Shown here: positions 43,317-57,794 of the stretch, one piece after another
How the letters are laid out: every line of letters starts with the position of its first letter
How positions within the stretch are numbered: the stretch's first letter is position 1
NCBI RefSeq assembly: GCF_009914755.1
Contig: NC_060930.1
DNA from: the human T2T-CHM13v2.0 reference genome, Homo sapiens
Reading direction: 5' to 3' (one strand)
DNA length: 64,000 nt
Program-made: the position numbers and the translations under genes
The notes under the pieces: generated by a model
The model's database searches: none
What the model was told of the DNA's origin: nothing
Seen by the model: the letters and a program-made list of their open reading frames with translations, nothing else

Positions 43317-44388
43317 AAGAAATTTCTGAATACATTGGCAGAAGAACGCAGACAGAAGAAGGAAACTTAAGATGTGCAAAAAGATTTAATGATTTCAAAG
43401 AAAATAATGGTTGTTTTTAACGTTAACCCTTTTTAAACACAATACTGATAGAAGAAAACTATTGTACTCTTTTGTTTTAGTGGAGAAATAATAGATGTCT
43501 GTTCATGTGTTAAGTGTTACAGCAAAAAAAAAAAAAAATACACATACGGTTAAGTTAATGAATACTTTTCATTTTGTCAGAATGGCAACAGACAGAAGTA
43601 CTTTGTAGAGACTGACTTCGTAAGCTACTTAAGACAACTTGCACCACTAAGAAAAAAATGTAGAACCATTTGGAAAAATGAAATTTAGTAATTCCAAGTT
43701 TCAAAGAAATGTCCACATTTCATTCTATTCAATAGAGAACAAAACCAATAGTCTTTTTATTACTTTCATCTGAAACATTGCATGTTTTAATCTGAGCCTT
43801 GCAGACTTTCATTTGGAGTTTGAACCAGACTTTCATTTGTAGTTTGAAGTTCATTTCGGAGAACCTCATTAACGTGAGATTGGCAATTCAAATGCAGGTG
43901 CAGTTTTCTGTTAATGTCATGCTGTTGTTTAGGTAATAAGAAATATTAAGTAATTGGCTTTAGATTTTGTAATTTTTTCCCTGAGTTCCTGCTAGATTTC
44001 ATATTCTAGTAGTCAGTGTATTTTCAGTGAAATGTAAAAATATTCCTGTTCTCTTTGACCAGTATTAATTTTTGAGATCTTATTGCTGACACTTGAATCC
44101 CGTAATTGTCATACATCTCTGGTGTATGACAACATTTGATTTTTGAAGTGTGTAGACCATCTCTTCATATTTTCAAGATGCAATTTTACATTTCTGCATT
44201 TTAAAAACAGTTTGGCCATAATCCTAGATGCACGCTTCTAATTCATGTACCTGCATAGGTGACATTTGTGAACAGAAATTTGCATGTATAATTTGTGTTT
44301 ACTTGTAACTTTCTGGTTATATACTGCTGATATCTGTGGATTCAAGTTACTGAAGTGAATACCAATAACAAAAAAACCCTTAAAAAAA
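43317..44388 (+). pseudogene. MATR3: 5'-truncated MATR3 (matrin-3) processed retrocopy: last 17 codons, 3'UTR, short poly(A)
   Basis: 43317-43370 translates KKFLNTLAEERRQKKET*, matching my recall of the matrin-3 C-terminus KKFLNKLAEERRQKKET; followed by ~1 kb UTR-like sequence, decayed polyA signal aataac (44364) and A-tract 44382-44388. Confidence 0.92.
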
Positions 44389-46677
44389 GAATATAAAAGT
44401 AATAGGTACTCATCGTTAAAAAGTAGGGAATTTAGAAAAGCAAAAAGAAGGTAACATAAATTTCCTATACTTTTATATCAAAGGCAGATATAACAACCGT
44501 GACAATTTTATGGATATCTTTGAAATCGCATGGAGCATAGCATATTGACAGCTTTACATCCTGATATTTTCATTTGACGTTCAAATAAGGGCATGTTTGA
44601 TATTATTTTAAAATGCTCAACAATAATTCTTAAGAATATAAAACATTCTAATGTATAAATTCATCACAATTAAACAAGTTTTCAGCATATATTGTTTTCT
44701 TTCATTTTACACAATGTTTTCTAGAATAATCATCTTTTGAATGATTTTTTTGGCTGCATTTCTGATTTTTTTCTTCAAATATATTCGTTAAATTCCTTGC
44801 TCAAGGTATATGATCATTCGTAAAATAATAATTTTCAAATGACTTTCCAAAAGGATTTTACCAGTTTACACTCTGATCAACAATATATTGGTGCTCACCA
44901 TGTAAGACGTAGTTTTATTTCTCTCTGTACCACTTATCTACTTCTCAGTTTTGGATAATGGAATTGTGAATTTTTCAGAATCAGTTCATTATTGATTTAT
45001 CAATATTATTTACATTATATGCTACCTCCTATAGTAATTATTTTTAAAATCTAAAAACCGTTTTAATAATCAAAGATTCCATAAATAGGATCCACAACTA
45101 GGTGGCTGCAACTCCCAGTTCTTAATTTTGATTAATTACTAAGTAATATATTTGACTATGTTTTCTTTTTGGTGGAAGGTAACATTTTTGAATGATATCT
45201 TTTCTCAAACTTTGAATACATTAGAAAATGTTCATGTGGCTCTCAAGTAAATATTTAACTGAGCGTGGAGTTCCTTTTCCCCAAAGCTTTGCCACACTAT
45301 TCCATATTTCCTGACACTGGGGTTACAAAGACAAAGTCTGAGTTCAGCTTGAGTTATATGCCTTTGTTGGTGATTTGCTTGTTTTTCTTCCTGAATATTT
45401 TCAGAATTTAAAAAATTCCGTATCATTAAGTGTTTAACATTTTAACAAAAAATTAAAGATATATAATGATATTGCTAAATTATGATGCTTTTATACACTG
45501 GAATACTGTATACCCTGAAAATTATGATTTTGAAGATTCTAAAATAATATGAGAAATGCTCTTGACTAAATGTCAAATGAAAAAAATCAGGATATAAAAT
45601 TGTATCTATAATGTCCTAAGAATGTTAAATTAAGTAATCTGGGTAATTGGATAATCTAAGACGTAACCTAAACACAAGTTGGGCATTAGCATTTTTCATT
45701 AATTTTCTGATATTTGATGACTCGGTTTTACCTATAAATTTAGTTTGCCTATTAATCTCAGAAAATTTTCTCATAGTCATTTCAGTTTTCTCCCCAAGTT
45801 CTAGGTAGAACTTCTAATCTTTATCTTCCATTCTTCTTCCCTTTCAATTTTTGACTTTACAGTCTGCTATGGGTAATTTTTGCACTAGTTCACTAAATTC
45901 CCGGGAACTGTGGTTTTGGAATGGACACAGAAAATACGATACCAGTAAGACAGAAGTTGGAATTTTGTAGTAGAGTTTTGAAATGACCCCAAACACAGCA
46001 GAAAGTAGGCCCCCTTCATTTACACTGTGGTGGTCTGTATTTTGTGTGAGTCAGTCTGAGTCTCATTATGCATATGTTTGCACATGAGTGATTTTTTGTG
46101 ATGGGGTGGGGAAGGGAGGAGGTAAATTTTTTGGTTTTTTTTTTTTTTTTTTTTTTTGGTAAATTCTTAATTTTCTCTGCTTTGCTTAGTTCTACTGTTT
46201 CCAAGGTCAAAGAATGGTTTGACTACTGAATTTTTGTTTTATGTATATAGTGGAACTATGTGAAGTACAGAAAATTGCTAACTGAAATTTTAATATTTGG
46301 TGTTGCATTAGTTGTCATTCACCCATTTCTTCTAAATCCCTCTTAGCATGTCTTAGATTATTTTCATGATTATTTCAATGAAATAATTGTATAAAGGCAA
46401 ATCAGTCACCATTGTCATCATATCATAATGTAAAGTCTTTTGCTTATTTTTCTAAAATATGTGAAAGGATCCTAGAAGTTTCACAAGTTAAAGTATTACA
46501 AAAGTTTAGAAAAACATATGGATAGAGAAGAGAGTTAAAACAGTGAGTGCTTTTTCCAGTTAAATGGGAGCTCTAGTCATTGAATGTGGAATGGGGTGAC
46601 TTAAGAAGGTTTATTTAGAGGTGTGGGAAGTAGGCAGGAGGCTGGTCCTGTCTGGCAAAACATAGATCTGATAATCT

Positions 46678-46922
46678 TTATAAATTTATATATGTATAAA
46701 TTTATATATATGTAAATATATATTTATATATTATGTTCATATATAAATTTATATAAAAATTTATTTATATCTATATGTGTGTATTTATATATTAAATACA
46801 TATAAATTTATTTATATTTATATATAAATGTATATATATTTATAAACACATATTTATATATTTTTATATATATAAATGTGTGTGCGTGTGTGTGTGTATG
46901 AACACACACACACGCACACACA
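46678..46922. repeat. (TA)-rich low complexity plus (TG)n/(CA)n
   Basis: Direct reading. Confidence 0.9.
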
Positions 46923-47216
<294 letters not shown>

Positions 47217-47476
47217 AATCAAAGATATTTAAATATTGACAAATTATACTAACAGGCCAGACCAATCAGGAAGTCACGTGGTCAAGCTAAATCCAGACAC
47301 TTTCCATGTATCCATTTCTTGCCTACCTATCCAGACTTAGTGCCTATATTGCCTATATGAGTTACATTGCAGCCACAGCAACCTCTTTTTGCTCTCCAAA
47401 ATACCATGATATTTCATTTTCTGCTTGAAGTACCCCTTTTTACTGCCAAATTTGTCTTTGATCTGTTCTTCATCTT

Positions 47477-47859
47477 TTATATGGTTAGGCTTGGTTTCCT
47501 CACCCAAATCTCATCTTGAATTGTAATCTCCATAATCCTCATGATCCCCACGTGTCAAGGGAGAGACAAGGTGGAGGTGATTGGATCATGGGGACAGTTT
47601 CCCCCATGCTGTTCTTGTAACAGTGAGTGAGTTCTCATGAAATCTAATGGTTTTCTAAGGGGCTTTTACCCTTCACTGGGCACTCCTCTTTCCTGTTGCC
47701 TTGTGAAGAAGGTGCCTTGCTTCCCCTTCACCTTCTGCCATGACTGTAAGTTTCCTGAGGCCTCCCCAGTCATGTTGAACTGTGAGTCAATTAAACCTTT
47801 TCCTTTATAAATTACCCAGTCTCGGGTAGTTTATGGCAGTGTGAAAATGGACTAATACA
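47477..47859 (+). mobile_element. THE1D-like solo LTR
   Basis: atatggtt..cacccaaatctcatcttgaattgtaatc...ggactaataca; 5-bp TSD atctt 47472-47476 / 47860-47864. Confidence 0.93.
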
Positions 47860-48872
47860 ATCTTAAATACCCATCTCCATCATCTTCTCCTGAACTCTTC
47901 AAATGAGTTACTTCCATCTTTATTCAAGCTACCACAATACCACCCAACCCATGGCTCTATTATTCCTGCTGTATTTCTATTATCCTGCTGTATTTCTATT
48001 ATTTTCTCCTATTTATCTTCCCTATTGGAATATGATGAAAGAGACAGTTTTATTTTACTTTCATTTGCATCTAAGAAAAGCGCCTAGTTCCTTAAAGGTA
48101 ATCAATAAAAAAGTAGGAAATCAATGAACAGATAGCTGAATGAATGATATTAATTAATCTTTCTGAGCCCCAGTTTTCCCATCTGTAAAATGTGAATAAT
48201 ACCAACCATGTATATTTGCTTTGAGAATTAAACAAACCAACATGTAAATTGCCTATATTGTGCCTGACCCATTTGTTTTCCCCCTTCCTTTATTCATAAG
48301 AAAAGATGACTCAAATTATAAGATCTTTTTGCCTCTCTTTGACCTAACTACTAAAAACGTGAGTGTAAAGAGTCAAATGATTTCTCTTAGCAGTTGGTGA
48401 TATTATGGTGACATTTTTGCAACACTGATTTATCAAAGCATTGTGATTGTTAAAAGCCCAAAGAATGTCCTATAGTAGTAATTAGATAAGCTAAAATGAA
48501 CTAACGGCAATAGGAGAGATGGTATTTCAGTACAGTTGTATTTTAGTTTCATTAAAGTCTATTAGATGCAAGTAATTTTGGAGAACTTGGGTGTCTCAAA
48601 TACCAGTAAGATATGAAAAAGTGACTTTCATTATTCCTGGTAAAGAACATTCTGTTTTCAAAAAAAAAAAAAAAGAAAAGGACATTGTTTAATGTAGTAC
48701 ATTAAATTTCATTTCCCACCACATAATTATTAAAAGATAAGTAGCTCTTGCATTATTACTAAGAATAAATAATAAGATGGCAATTAAATAACTATCATTA
48801 ATGACTTGTTCATTAATATGTTAGTAGTTGGCTGTTTTATCATGTGGATAAATTAATGTAAGATAGTAGAAA

Positions 48873-49297
<425 letters not shown>

Positions 49298-50860
49298 TCA
49301 AAGCTAATAGGTGCTTATTACAAAGAAAACTCTCTCATGTCGCTGAGTTTAAGTTTGTTTACTCTTAGAAAAACTTGATTTCCTGTGTCTGAGGAAAATA
49401 AGCTTATAAAAAAGATGAAAAGGCTGCTATATAGCACTGTAGTAAAAGGATGCTAACAAACTAAGTGTTAATGAATCAAAAACATATGGATTACACTTCA
49501 CTTCAAATAGAAATAATTTTAGAGTTAAGGGGGAAAGTACTTGGCAAAATGTAATAGGTCTTTGTCAGTCTTAAAACCCAAACATTTAAGGTATCTTCAG
49601 GAAGCTCCTAGTGATTCTTTCCTTTTGTTTTTATCTATCATTTTCATTTTATAGAAGAGATCAAACTCTTTATGGCCAAATGACCTTTCAAAAGTTTAAC
49701 AATATATTGGGTAAGTTATAAACAAACATCCTAGAAGTTCAGAGATAAGAAAAGATCAAGGGGGTAATGTGTATCAATTAACCAAAACCACCATACTAAA
49801 ACAGAACATTTTCTTCCTCTCCTTGCTTATTGCGATTTAAAAAGTAAAGAAAAAGAGAAACGTCAGTTTTTATACACCTTTTTAAAACCATCCTCTCATA
49901 TATATATATATACACACACACACATATATATCTTTAAATTGCAGCAATGATTTGTATTTTCAAATTAGTTTAGTGAATATCAATCTCTTCATTGCACAAA
50001 ACTGAAATCTATATAATGTTAGTAGTTCTAATTGCAGTCCACATTTATGTAAAAACCTTTAAAAGGTAATTGTCTTCATGCTTATGGCGAACTGGGAATT
50101 TTGTCAATACAAGAAGAAAATCATGCTGGATACAGTGTTCAGAATATATACTTGTTTAATGTATAGAAACCCCTTTGTTTAAGATCATTTAGGCATGTTT
50201 TTAGGCTGTGTTCACTCGGGTATCTAAGATTTGTTCTTTACTGAAAAAAACTGATGTGATTCTTCAATACAAAAAATGTTTCTTTAGTGACTAGTCTACT
50301 GACTTCATCAACAAACAGTTCACTGACTTTCCTACCTTGTTGCTTAGGCCTCTTTAAGAATTCTCTTTGGAAATAAAAATGTTTGTTTCTTGTTTGTGAA
50401 TACTTAAGACAGTGCCTGACCCTTGGTGTCAAAAGCCTTTGAGTCAATTTTGAGGTGGGAGCCTCCACAAGAAAGCCTAGGAGTACAAAATGTCCCTGGA
50501 ACTGCAGTCAGGGAACCACAAGTGTTCCATTTGGACTGTCTGAGTGCCCTCCTTTTGTTCTCTTGCTGTCTCAGATGTTCCTTGATTCTAACTGAGTTCG
50601 AGCCCTGCTTCCCATCTCCTCTAATCAAGGCAACCTGTTTATGCTTGAACTGACAAAAATCAAAGGTTGTTTTGTAATCACCACTCACTCACCTACTACT
50701 TTGGATTAAGTCTCACTCCTGGTTTCTATTTCCACATGCTCCCACATTTCATTCCAAATTTCAAATTTGGCCAGGTCCAAGTTGGCTTTTTATTTGTCCT
50801 CACCTTCATTCAAATCCCCATCAAGTTTGGAAAGTGCTCAGAACCCTGGGACCATCCCTC

Positions 50861-51614
50861 TGGAAGGTGAAGCTGGCTGGGCTTCTGGGTTGGGTGGGGA
50901 CTTCGAGAACTTTTCTGTCTAGCTAAAGGATTGTAAATGCACCAATCAGCGCTCTGTGTCTAGCTAAAGGTTTGTAAACACACCAATCAGCAGTCTGTAA
51001 AAACGCACCAATCAGCGCTCTGTATCTAGTTAAATGTTTATAAATGCACCAATCAGCACTCTGCAAAAACGGACCAATCAGCACTCTCTAAAATGGACCA
51101 ATCAGCGCTCTGTAAAGTGAACCAATTCAGCAGGAGGTGGGTGGGGCCAAATAAGGGAATAAAAGCTGGCCACCCGGGCCGGCAGCAGCAACTAGCTGAG
51201 GTCTCCTTCCACCCTGTGGAAGTTTTGTTCTTTTGCTCTTTGCAGTAAATCTTGCTGCTGCTCACTCTTTGGGTGTGCATTACCTTTATGAGCTGTAACA
51301 CTCACCACGAAGTTCTGCAGCTTCACTCCTGAAGCCGGCAAGACCATGAACCCACCGGGAGGAACAAACAACTCCGGACGCGCCACCTTTAAGAACTGTA
51401 ACACTCACTGCGAAGGTCTGCAGCTTCACTCCTGAAGTCAGCGAGACCACGAACCCGCCAGAAGGAAGAAATTCCAGACACATCTGAATATCTGAAGGAA
51501 CAAACTCTGGACATACCATCTTTAAGAACTATAACACTCACCACGAGGGCCCGTGGCTTATTCTTGAAGTCAGCGAGACCAAGAACACACCAAAAGGAAC
51601 CAATTCTGGACAGA
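50861..51614 (+). mobile_element. LTR12 (ERV9) solo LTR
   Basis: Tandem ccaatcagc repeats, aataaaagc box, tandem gctgtaacactcac U5 repeats; perfect TSD cctc 50857-50860 / 51615-51618. Confidence 0.95.
50942..51165 (+). promoter_or_regulatory. LTR12 U3 promoter: 7 CCAAT (NF-Y) boxes, GC-box-like ggtggggc, AATAAAA TATA-like box
   Basis: CCAAT at 50942, 50983, 51008, 51049, 51074, 51098, 51122; activity inferred from family knowledge only. Confidence 0.6.
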
Positions 51615-54600
51615 CCTCCACTGCAGGTCAAGATGATGAATATTTGATGGCACGTAAAACACTACTCAGATGTGATTGTGGAATTGGATTGAGTTGGATA
51701 GACACCTCTAAGGATAATTTAGACATTTCAATGAATAAGCAGCTCTTAATGGCGGAAGGGTGAACTGTGTATTAAACAGAGTACATGAAACAATATACTT
51801 CCCAAGAGGTAAAAGTATTAGAGCTTTAAAATAAGCAATTTATAGAGTTCAATGCTCAGGCAAGCCAGATTATTGACTGAATGAGTTACTTCTTTTTTAT
51901 TAAAATTTTCAATGGCTCCCCATTGCCTGTGATAAATACATGGTCCCCACTATTGGGCAATTTCCAGTTTTTAGTCCACCTCTCCTGCAGATCTTCACCC
52001 TCCTGCCCATTGTTCTAGCCAACACAAATTACTTTTAGTTTTCAAACTTGCCTTGGTATTTCCCATCAGTATACCTCTATTCGCTGTTTCCTTTTGCATG
52101 GAAAAGTCTAAGTCCATCCCAAATTTCCATCAACATGCCTCCATTTTATCTGCATGGCTACAATGTTGCCCTTCATGACTCTAATCAAAGCTTTTCTCCC
52201 CACCCTGACTGTATCCTCCAAGTAGACATAAACTCTCTCTTTAGGAAAACACTGCCATCATACCAACACACCATCTGCAGTTTGCTATGTAGATAACAAT
52301 GCTTAGTTTTCCCTCTCTATGTAATTCATTACTAAATGTGGGTTGTTTTTCTTATCTTCTTTTGTTAAAAAATTATAAATTGCATATAACCTTCAGAAAA
52401 TTTCAACAAGAATGAACTAAAGATCTCAAGGAATGTTTGGAGTCTATTTTGGTGCATAAAAATAACAGATCAGTAGCAACACTTATAAAAAGATGAAACA
52501 GGGTTAGTTTCATGTGTGTGTAAGTTTTCCTGCACATGTTCACAATAAGAGAGGGGCAGTTTCTTTTTAGAGTACCTTATATACTTCCATCCTACAACCA
52601 TCTATTAGCAAAAACTATTATAACATACAACAGCAAAAATAATAATCTTCATTAATTGCTTATGGTTGTTCCCGGGTAATACAGACACTTGAGAAATAGA
52701 CATTTTCTTTTTTATGCTTTCCAATTTTGCTCTTGAATGGATCTCTAAATTTACACTCCATTGTCCCATGATACACAACTTTTCTCCAATCCCCTGTCTC
52801 TACCTAATATCCTGCTATTTTTATGAGCTTCAATAGCCTGCTTTAAAGTGGTAGTTTCTTTAAGAAAATAATTACAATGTAAATTAGTCTTCAACAAATA
52901 GTAAGGCACATTTTGGAATTAAATGTGTAGGTATTGAAGCTTTCATTCTTGCTATGTTTAAAACCATTATATAAGTTTAACCATAACCATTCAATCTGTG
53001 TACCTAGAAATATCATTCTTTCTGTTGCTAATGAAGGTCCTACGGCACAAATTTATTAAAGGTATATGTTTGCATGGGATAATAATTGGGTCGATAATAT
53101 TAAATTCATAGGCTCATTATTTAATTGCAAGGGCAGATTATGAATACAGCTTCTAAAATGTATTTTAATGAAAAACACTACATCCTGACCTAATCATATC
53201 AACCTTATGCTATCTAATTAAAGATGCAAAAAATCATTAGAGTTGCAAAATATTAGTTCCAGCTCCATCAGGCTGTGAGCTGCCCCTTCATGAATATATA
53301 TTTTTTTACCCCATGATAAATAGTTAATGAGGTAAAAATGACAAAATTTGCATGTAGGCAAATTAGTTTAATAGAATGATGTCTTTTCTGACTACTGAAA
53401 GTGACCTTTTCCTTATCAAAAAAATGGCTAAAATACTTTGAAATTATCATGACTGTCTTTGCACAAATGACAGATTATATGTATTAACAATATAAAAATT
53501 ATAAAACTCAGTAATCCTAAATTCTCATCATACTGTAAATGTGTCCTGTGCTTCTGCATTTATCAACTTAATAAAAGGAAATTAAGCATATTATAAAGTA
53601 TCCATTTATGAGGCAATTTTTATTCCAGATCATAAAGATGAAAAGCACATGCTTAATAGCTAGCACTATGGCAAACATCTAGATCAAATTTTTAAAGCAC
53701 AAGAATTCTAGACTACTTATTTGAAATACTTATATATGAAAATGTCTACTCCACTCTTAGCATTTTAGATTATAGATGATTGTTCTCAATTAAACTGGCA
53801 TTATATCTTGAGATTAGTACATCAATTATTCAACAGGGCTACCTTGCTTCTCTATTAAAATAAACTAAATAAGCAAACATGAGAGAGCTTGAGAAGAATA
53901 ATACACAAAAATCGTAAGAAAGAAAATGTCTTCATGGTGTAAATACCAAGGGCATGAAGAGACATAATAAACAAATAAAATAAACATGTCTATCCCTGTA
54001 AGTTTGGGAATGTTTGTGTATGCTTAAGACACATAACCACAACAACAAGAAATAACAGGTGCTCTACAGATTTTCAAATTATTTGCATAAACATTTCTAT
54101 AATTCCTACCACTCATGGTTACTGAGTCTGTACATGTAGAGGCAACAGCTGCCATTTGTCTAGAAATTTGAATTTCTACTAATGGTTCAAATGAATCAAA
54201 GCCAAAATATCTTACTTAAGACCCAAATGACTTTGATTAAATTGTTTACTTCAATTGCATTTCATTAAATTGTCTTTTCTTTGATTTACTTGAATGTTTA
54301 CACACAGTGTTATGGACATTCTAGGTTTGAAGTCTGAGTTCTAGTCGTGTCCATCATGGGGCAGCTAAGTCATTTCACTAAGAAGAGCATAAATACTACA
54401 TTTAAAGAATTAAATAATTTCACAGCCCCCTTCAATTTTTCTTCTAGCACCTAGATTTTAATTATCTCTCATGTGTATGCACTCTCTCTCATCCCTTGTT
54501 AAAACAGACATAATAGTCAAGTAATTCTGTTTTCCTCTGTTTTATCTATTTAGGTACTGTTGTTCAACTCAAATTATTTGGTACTCAACTTTGGATTGTT

Positions 54601-55009
54601 CCCAAATTCTTGAACTTCCATGTTGTGACGCTTAATAATGAAACTACGTGCACTCTACCTATGCTAAGCAGTGTAAAGTTATCCTAAAGAGGAAGTGCTC
54701 TTTGCTTAATTTTTAGGATAATTTCAACAATTTTGGTATTTTACAAATTATGCTGTTAGTCAAAGATTTCTGAAGAAGAAGTAACCATAACAAATATATA
54801 GTAACATGAAATTTGTTTTGCTTCAAGTTAGGGTTTTGAAAATGTCTGCTATAATATTATATGAATTCTCAAATAAACAGAATTCAAGACATAATGATTA
54901 CATGGAGTGAGCCCATGCAATTTTTTTAAAGCTAATGTTTACGTTCCTATCAAGTAGGAAATGAGGTAAGTTATAAGTTCATTCTGTGGGCTAACTAAAT
55001 ATATTCAAC

Positions 55010-55600
55010 TATTCAACTATTCATTCCTGCATGCATTCCTTTATGTATTGAACAAATAGCCAGTAAACAAGTGCTATGTTCTAGAGATCAAGATTAAGGG
55101 CATAAAGATTGAGGACAGAGATTGAGGTCATAAAGATGAAGAAACCGCTCTTTTATTCCTCAAGGATATCTCAAGTCTACAAAGAAAGAGGGACACACGA
55201 ACAGGTAGTTCTCAAATTGTGTGTTGGATGCTGTCAGGTAAGACAGGCAGGTTTGACAAAAAGAAAATGCCAAAATATTTCACTTAAGACCCAAATGATT
55301 TTGATTAAAATCTTTCTCTGGGTTGACTCCACAGAGAAAATACTCAAGCTGAGCCCTGAAAGAATGATTAGTTTACCAAATACTACATGAGAAATTGGGA
55401 GGATATTGCTCCAAACAGAGAGCAATGCATGGACACGAGAAACAGTATGGCATGTGTAGTGAACTGCTCATATTTTTATATAGCTTAATCATATTGTGGC
55501 AAGAAGCATGCTGGCTGGGAAGTGGTCGGATGGATGAGGATACAGGACATGAGGCTGAAGAGGTAAGAAAGAATCAGGTCAAATGGCAGTTATACCATAG
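55010..55600 (-). mobile_element. L2 remnant
   Basis: attcattc.. tail followed by degenerate antisense L2. Confidence 0.55.
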
Positions 55601-56152
55601 TAAGGATTTGTATCATGGTGGCCAAAACAACAGTAAATAACTTCAAGAACAACACCAAGAAACATCAACTTGCTGATATACCAGCAGAGTGAGGGTTTTT
55701 TGAGCAGTCCAAAAAACAAAGCTCCTTCAGACCAACTCACCTTTCTTCTTTCACCATTGATTCCTCTCCACTGCTCAGATCATTTCACTATATAACTTAG
55801 CTCCTGATTGGAAATCTCCAAGTCATACGGTATGAAGAACTTGGTTTCTTCACTGTGGATGCGCTGAAAAGCATCTAATATCCAAGAGTCATTGTGCAAC
55901 CTAAGAATAAAGTCATCTGTTACCTGTTTTTTATTTTCCCCAAGTCTTGTTTAGTTTTTTCTCCCAGTGTTAAGTAATTCATATTTCTTTTATCTTCTAT
56001 TTTAGTTCACATTCCTCATTCTTTTTTCAGAAACTATTTGATGATTAAGCTTTCAGAAATTATGCAATAATTTCCTCAACAAAATCCCATAATCTAACAA
56101 CTGCAATCCGGAGGTTTTTGCAGTTATTTCCTATAAGCCTACTGCTTATTTT

Positions 56153-56434
56153 AAATTTTTTAAAATTTTAAAATTTTTATTTTTTGTGGGTGCATAGTAG
56201 GAAGATTCAGAAGCAACCTACTTGTCCATCAACAGATGAATGAATAAAGAAAATATGGTACATAGATACAGTGGAGTACTATTCAGCCATAAAAAATAAT
56301 GAGAGCCAGTCATTTGCAACAACATGGATGGAACTGGAGATCATTATATTAAGTGAAATGAGTCAGACACAGAAAGACAATCACATGTTCTTACTTAATC
56401 GTGGGATCTAAAAATCAAAACAGTTGAACTCATG
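56153..56434. mobile_element. L1MA1/2-like stub with 5' inversion (twin priming)
   Basis: Antisense 3' end 56153-56201 joined to sense ORF2-end/3'UTR 56202-56434; TSD ctgcttatttt / cttcttatttt. Confidence 0.85.
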
Positions 56435-57427
56435 CTTCTTATTTTTGATGTCTAAGAAAAAAATGTAAAAATATTTAGCTGTTAACTTGGATTATAAATA
56501 TCCAAACTAGTTCAAATGTGAGGAATGTATCCAAAGAAAATTTAAATTTGGGTTCATTCCTGAGTGGTAGAAACCCCACTAGGGCAGGTCAGATAGCACA
56601 GGGGTTTCTCTTAGTTGGTTTTCTTCCAACCTGAATGGTAAACAGATTAATTTGCTGAAGCATCTAACTTGATAAAATGTTCATTTGATTTTTTACCATT
56701 TATCAAAACAACTCCAATATTGATTTTGAAAAATCAGTTTTTCTTGTGATACTAATAAAGTGACAGCCTCTTGCCCCCCAAATTTATATTTTAATAAGAA
56801 ATATTAATTATTTGATATTGTTAAGTAACATTTAGATGAGTAGTAGAAATATTTGTTAAGTCAATGCTTATAAAACTTTTCGGTTGAATACCCCTAAAGG
56901 TAGAGAAGAGAAAATGTGTATACTTTCCCTAATCTACCAGTGCTTAATACAATATGTTTTCTTTTTCAAAACTTTGAGTGAAATTGAAACTTGAGGAAAA
57001 GTAATCTTTATCTTGTGACTTAGTGTACGTTTGTCTCACCATGCATAGCAGGAAGTAGTTTCAGAAACACAAAATTGTGCCACTAACAGTTAATAGGCCA
57101 GACCAAAATGTTTTATGTCTCAGTGTCAATAAACGACCCTTCTGAGAAGTAAGTTTTTAGAAAATGGCCTGAGATATAAATTGGACTATCAAGATATTTA
57201 GGCTTCACATAATTATGTGTCTTCCTACACATTCAAAGTGGAGAATTATTTTTAGTTCAATAATTACATTTTGCTTTAACTAGTCTAGATAATGCTAGAA
57301 TTTATTGATTTTCCATTATAATGGCAGTCAATTTCACATTCATTGTATTATTCTAGCCTTATTTTAATCTTGCTTTTTACATATTAATACACTGATATCA
57401 AAAAAAAGTTTGCCTCACTGTTTATAA

Positions 57428-57794
<367 letters not shown>

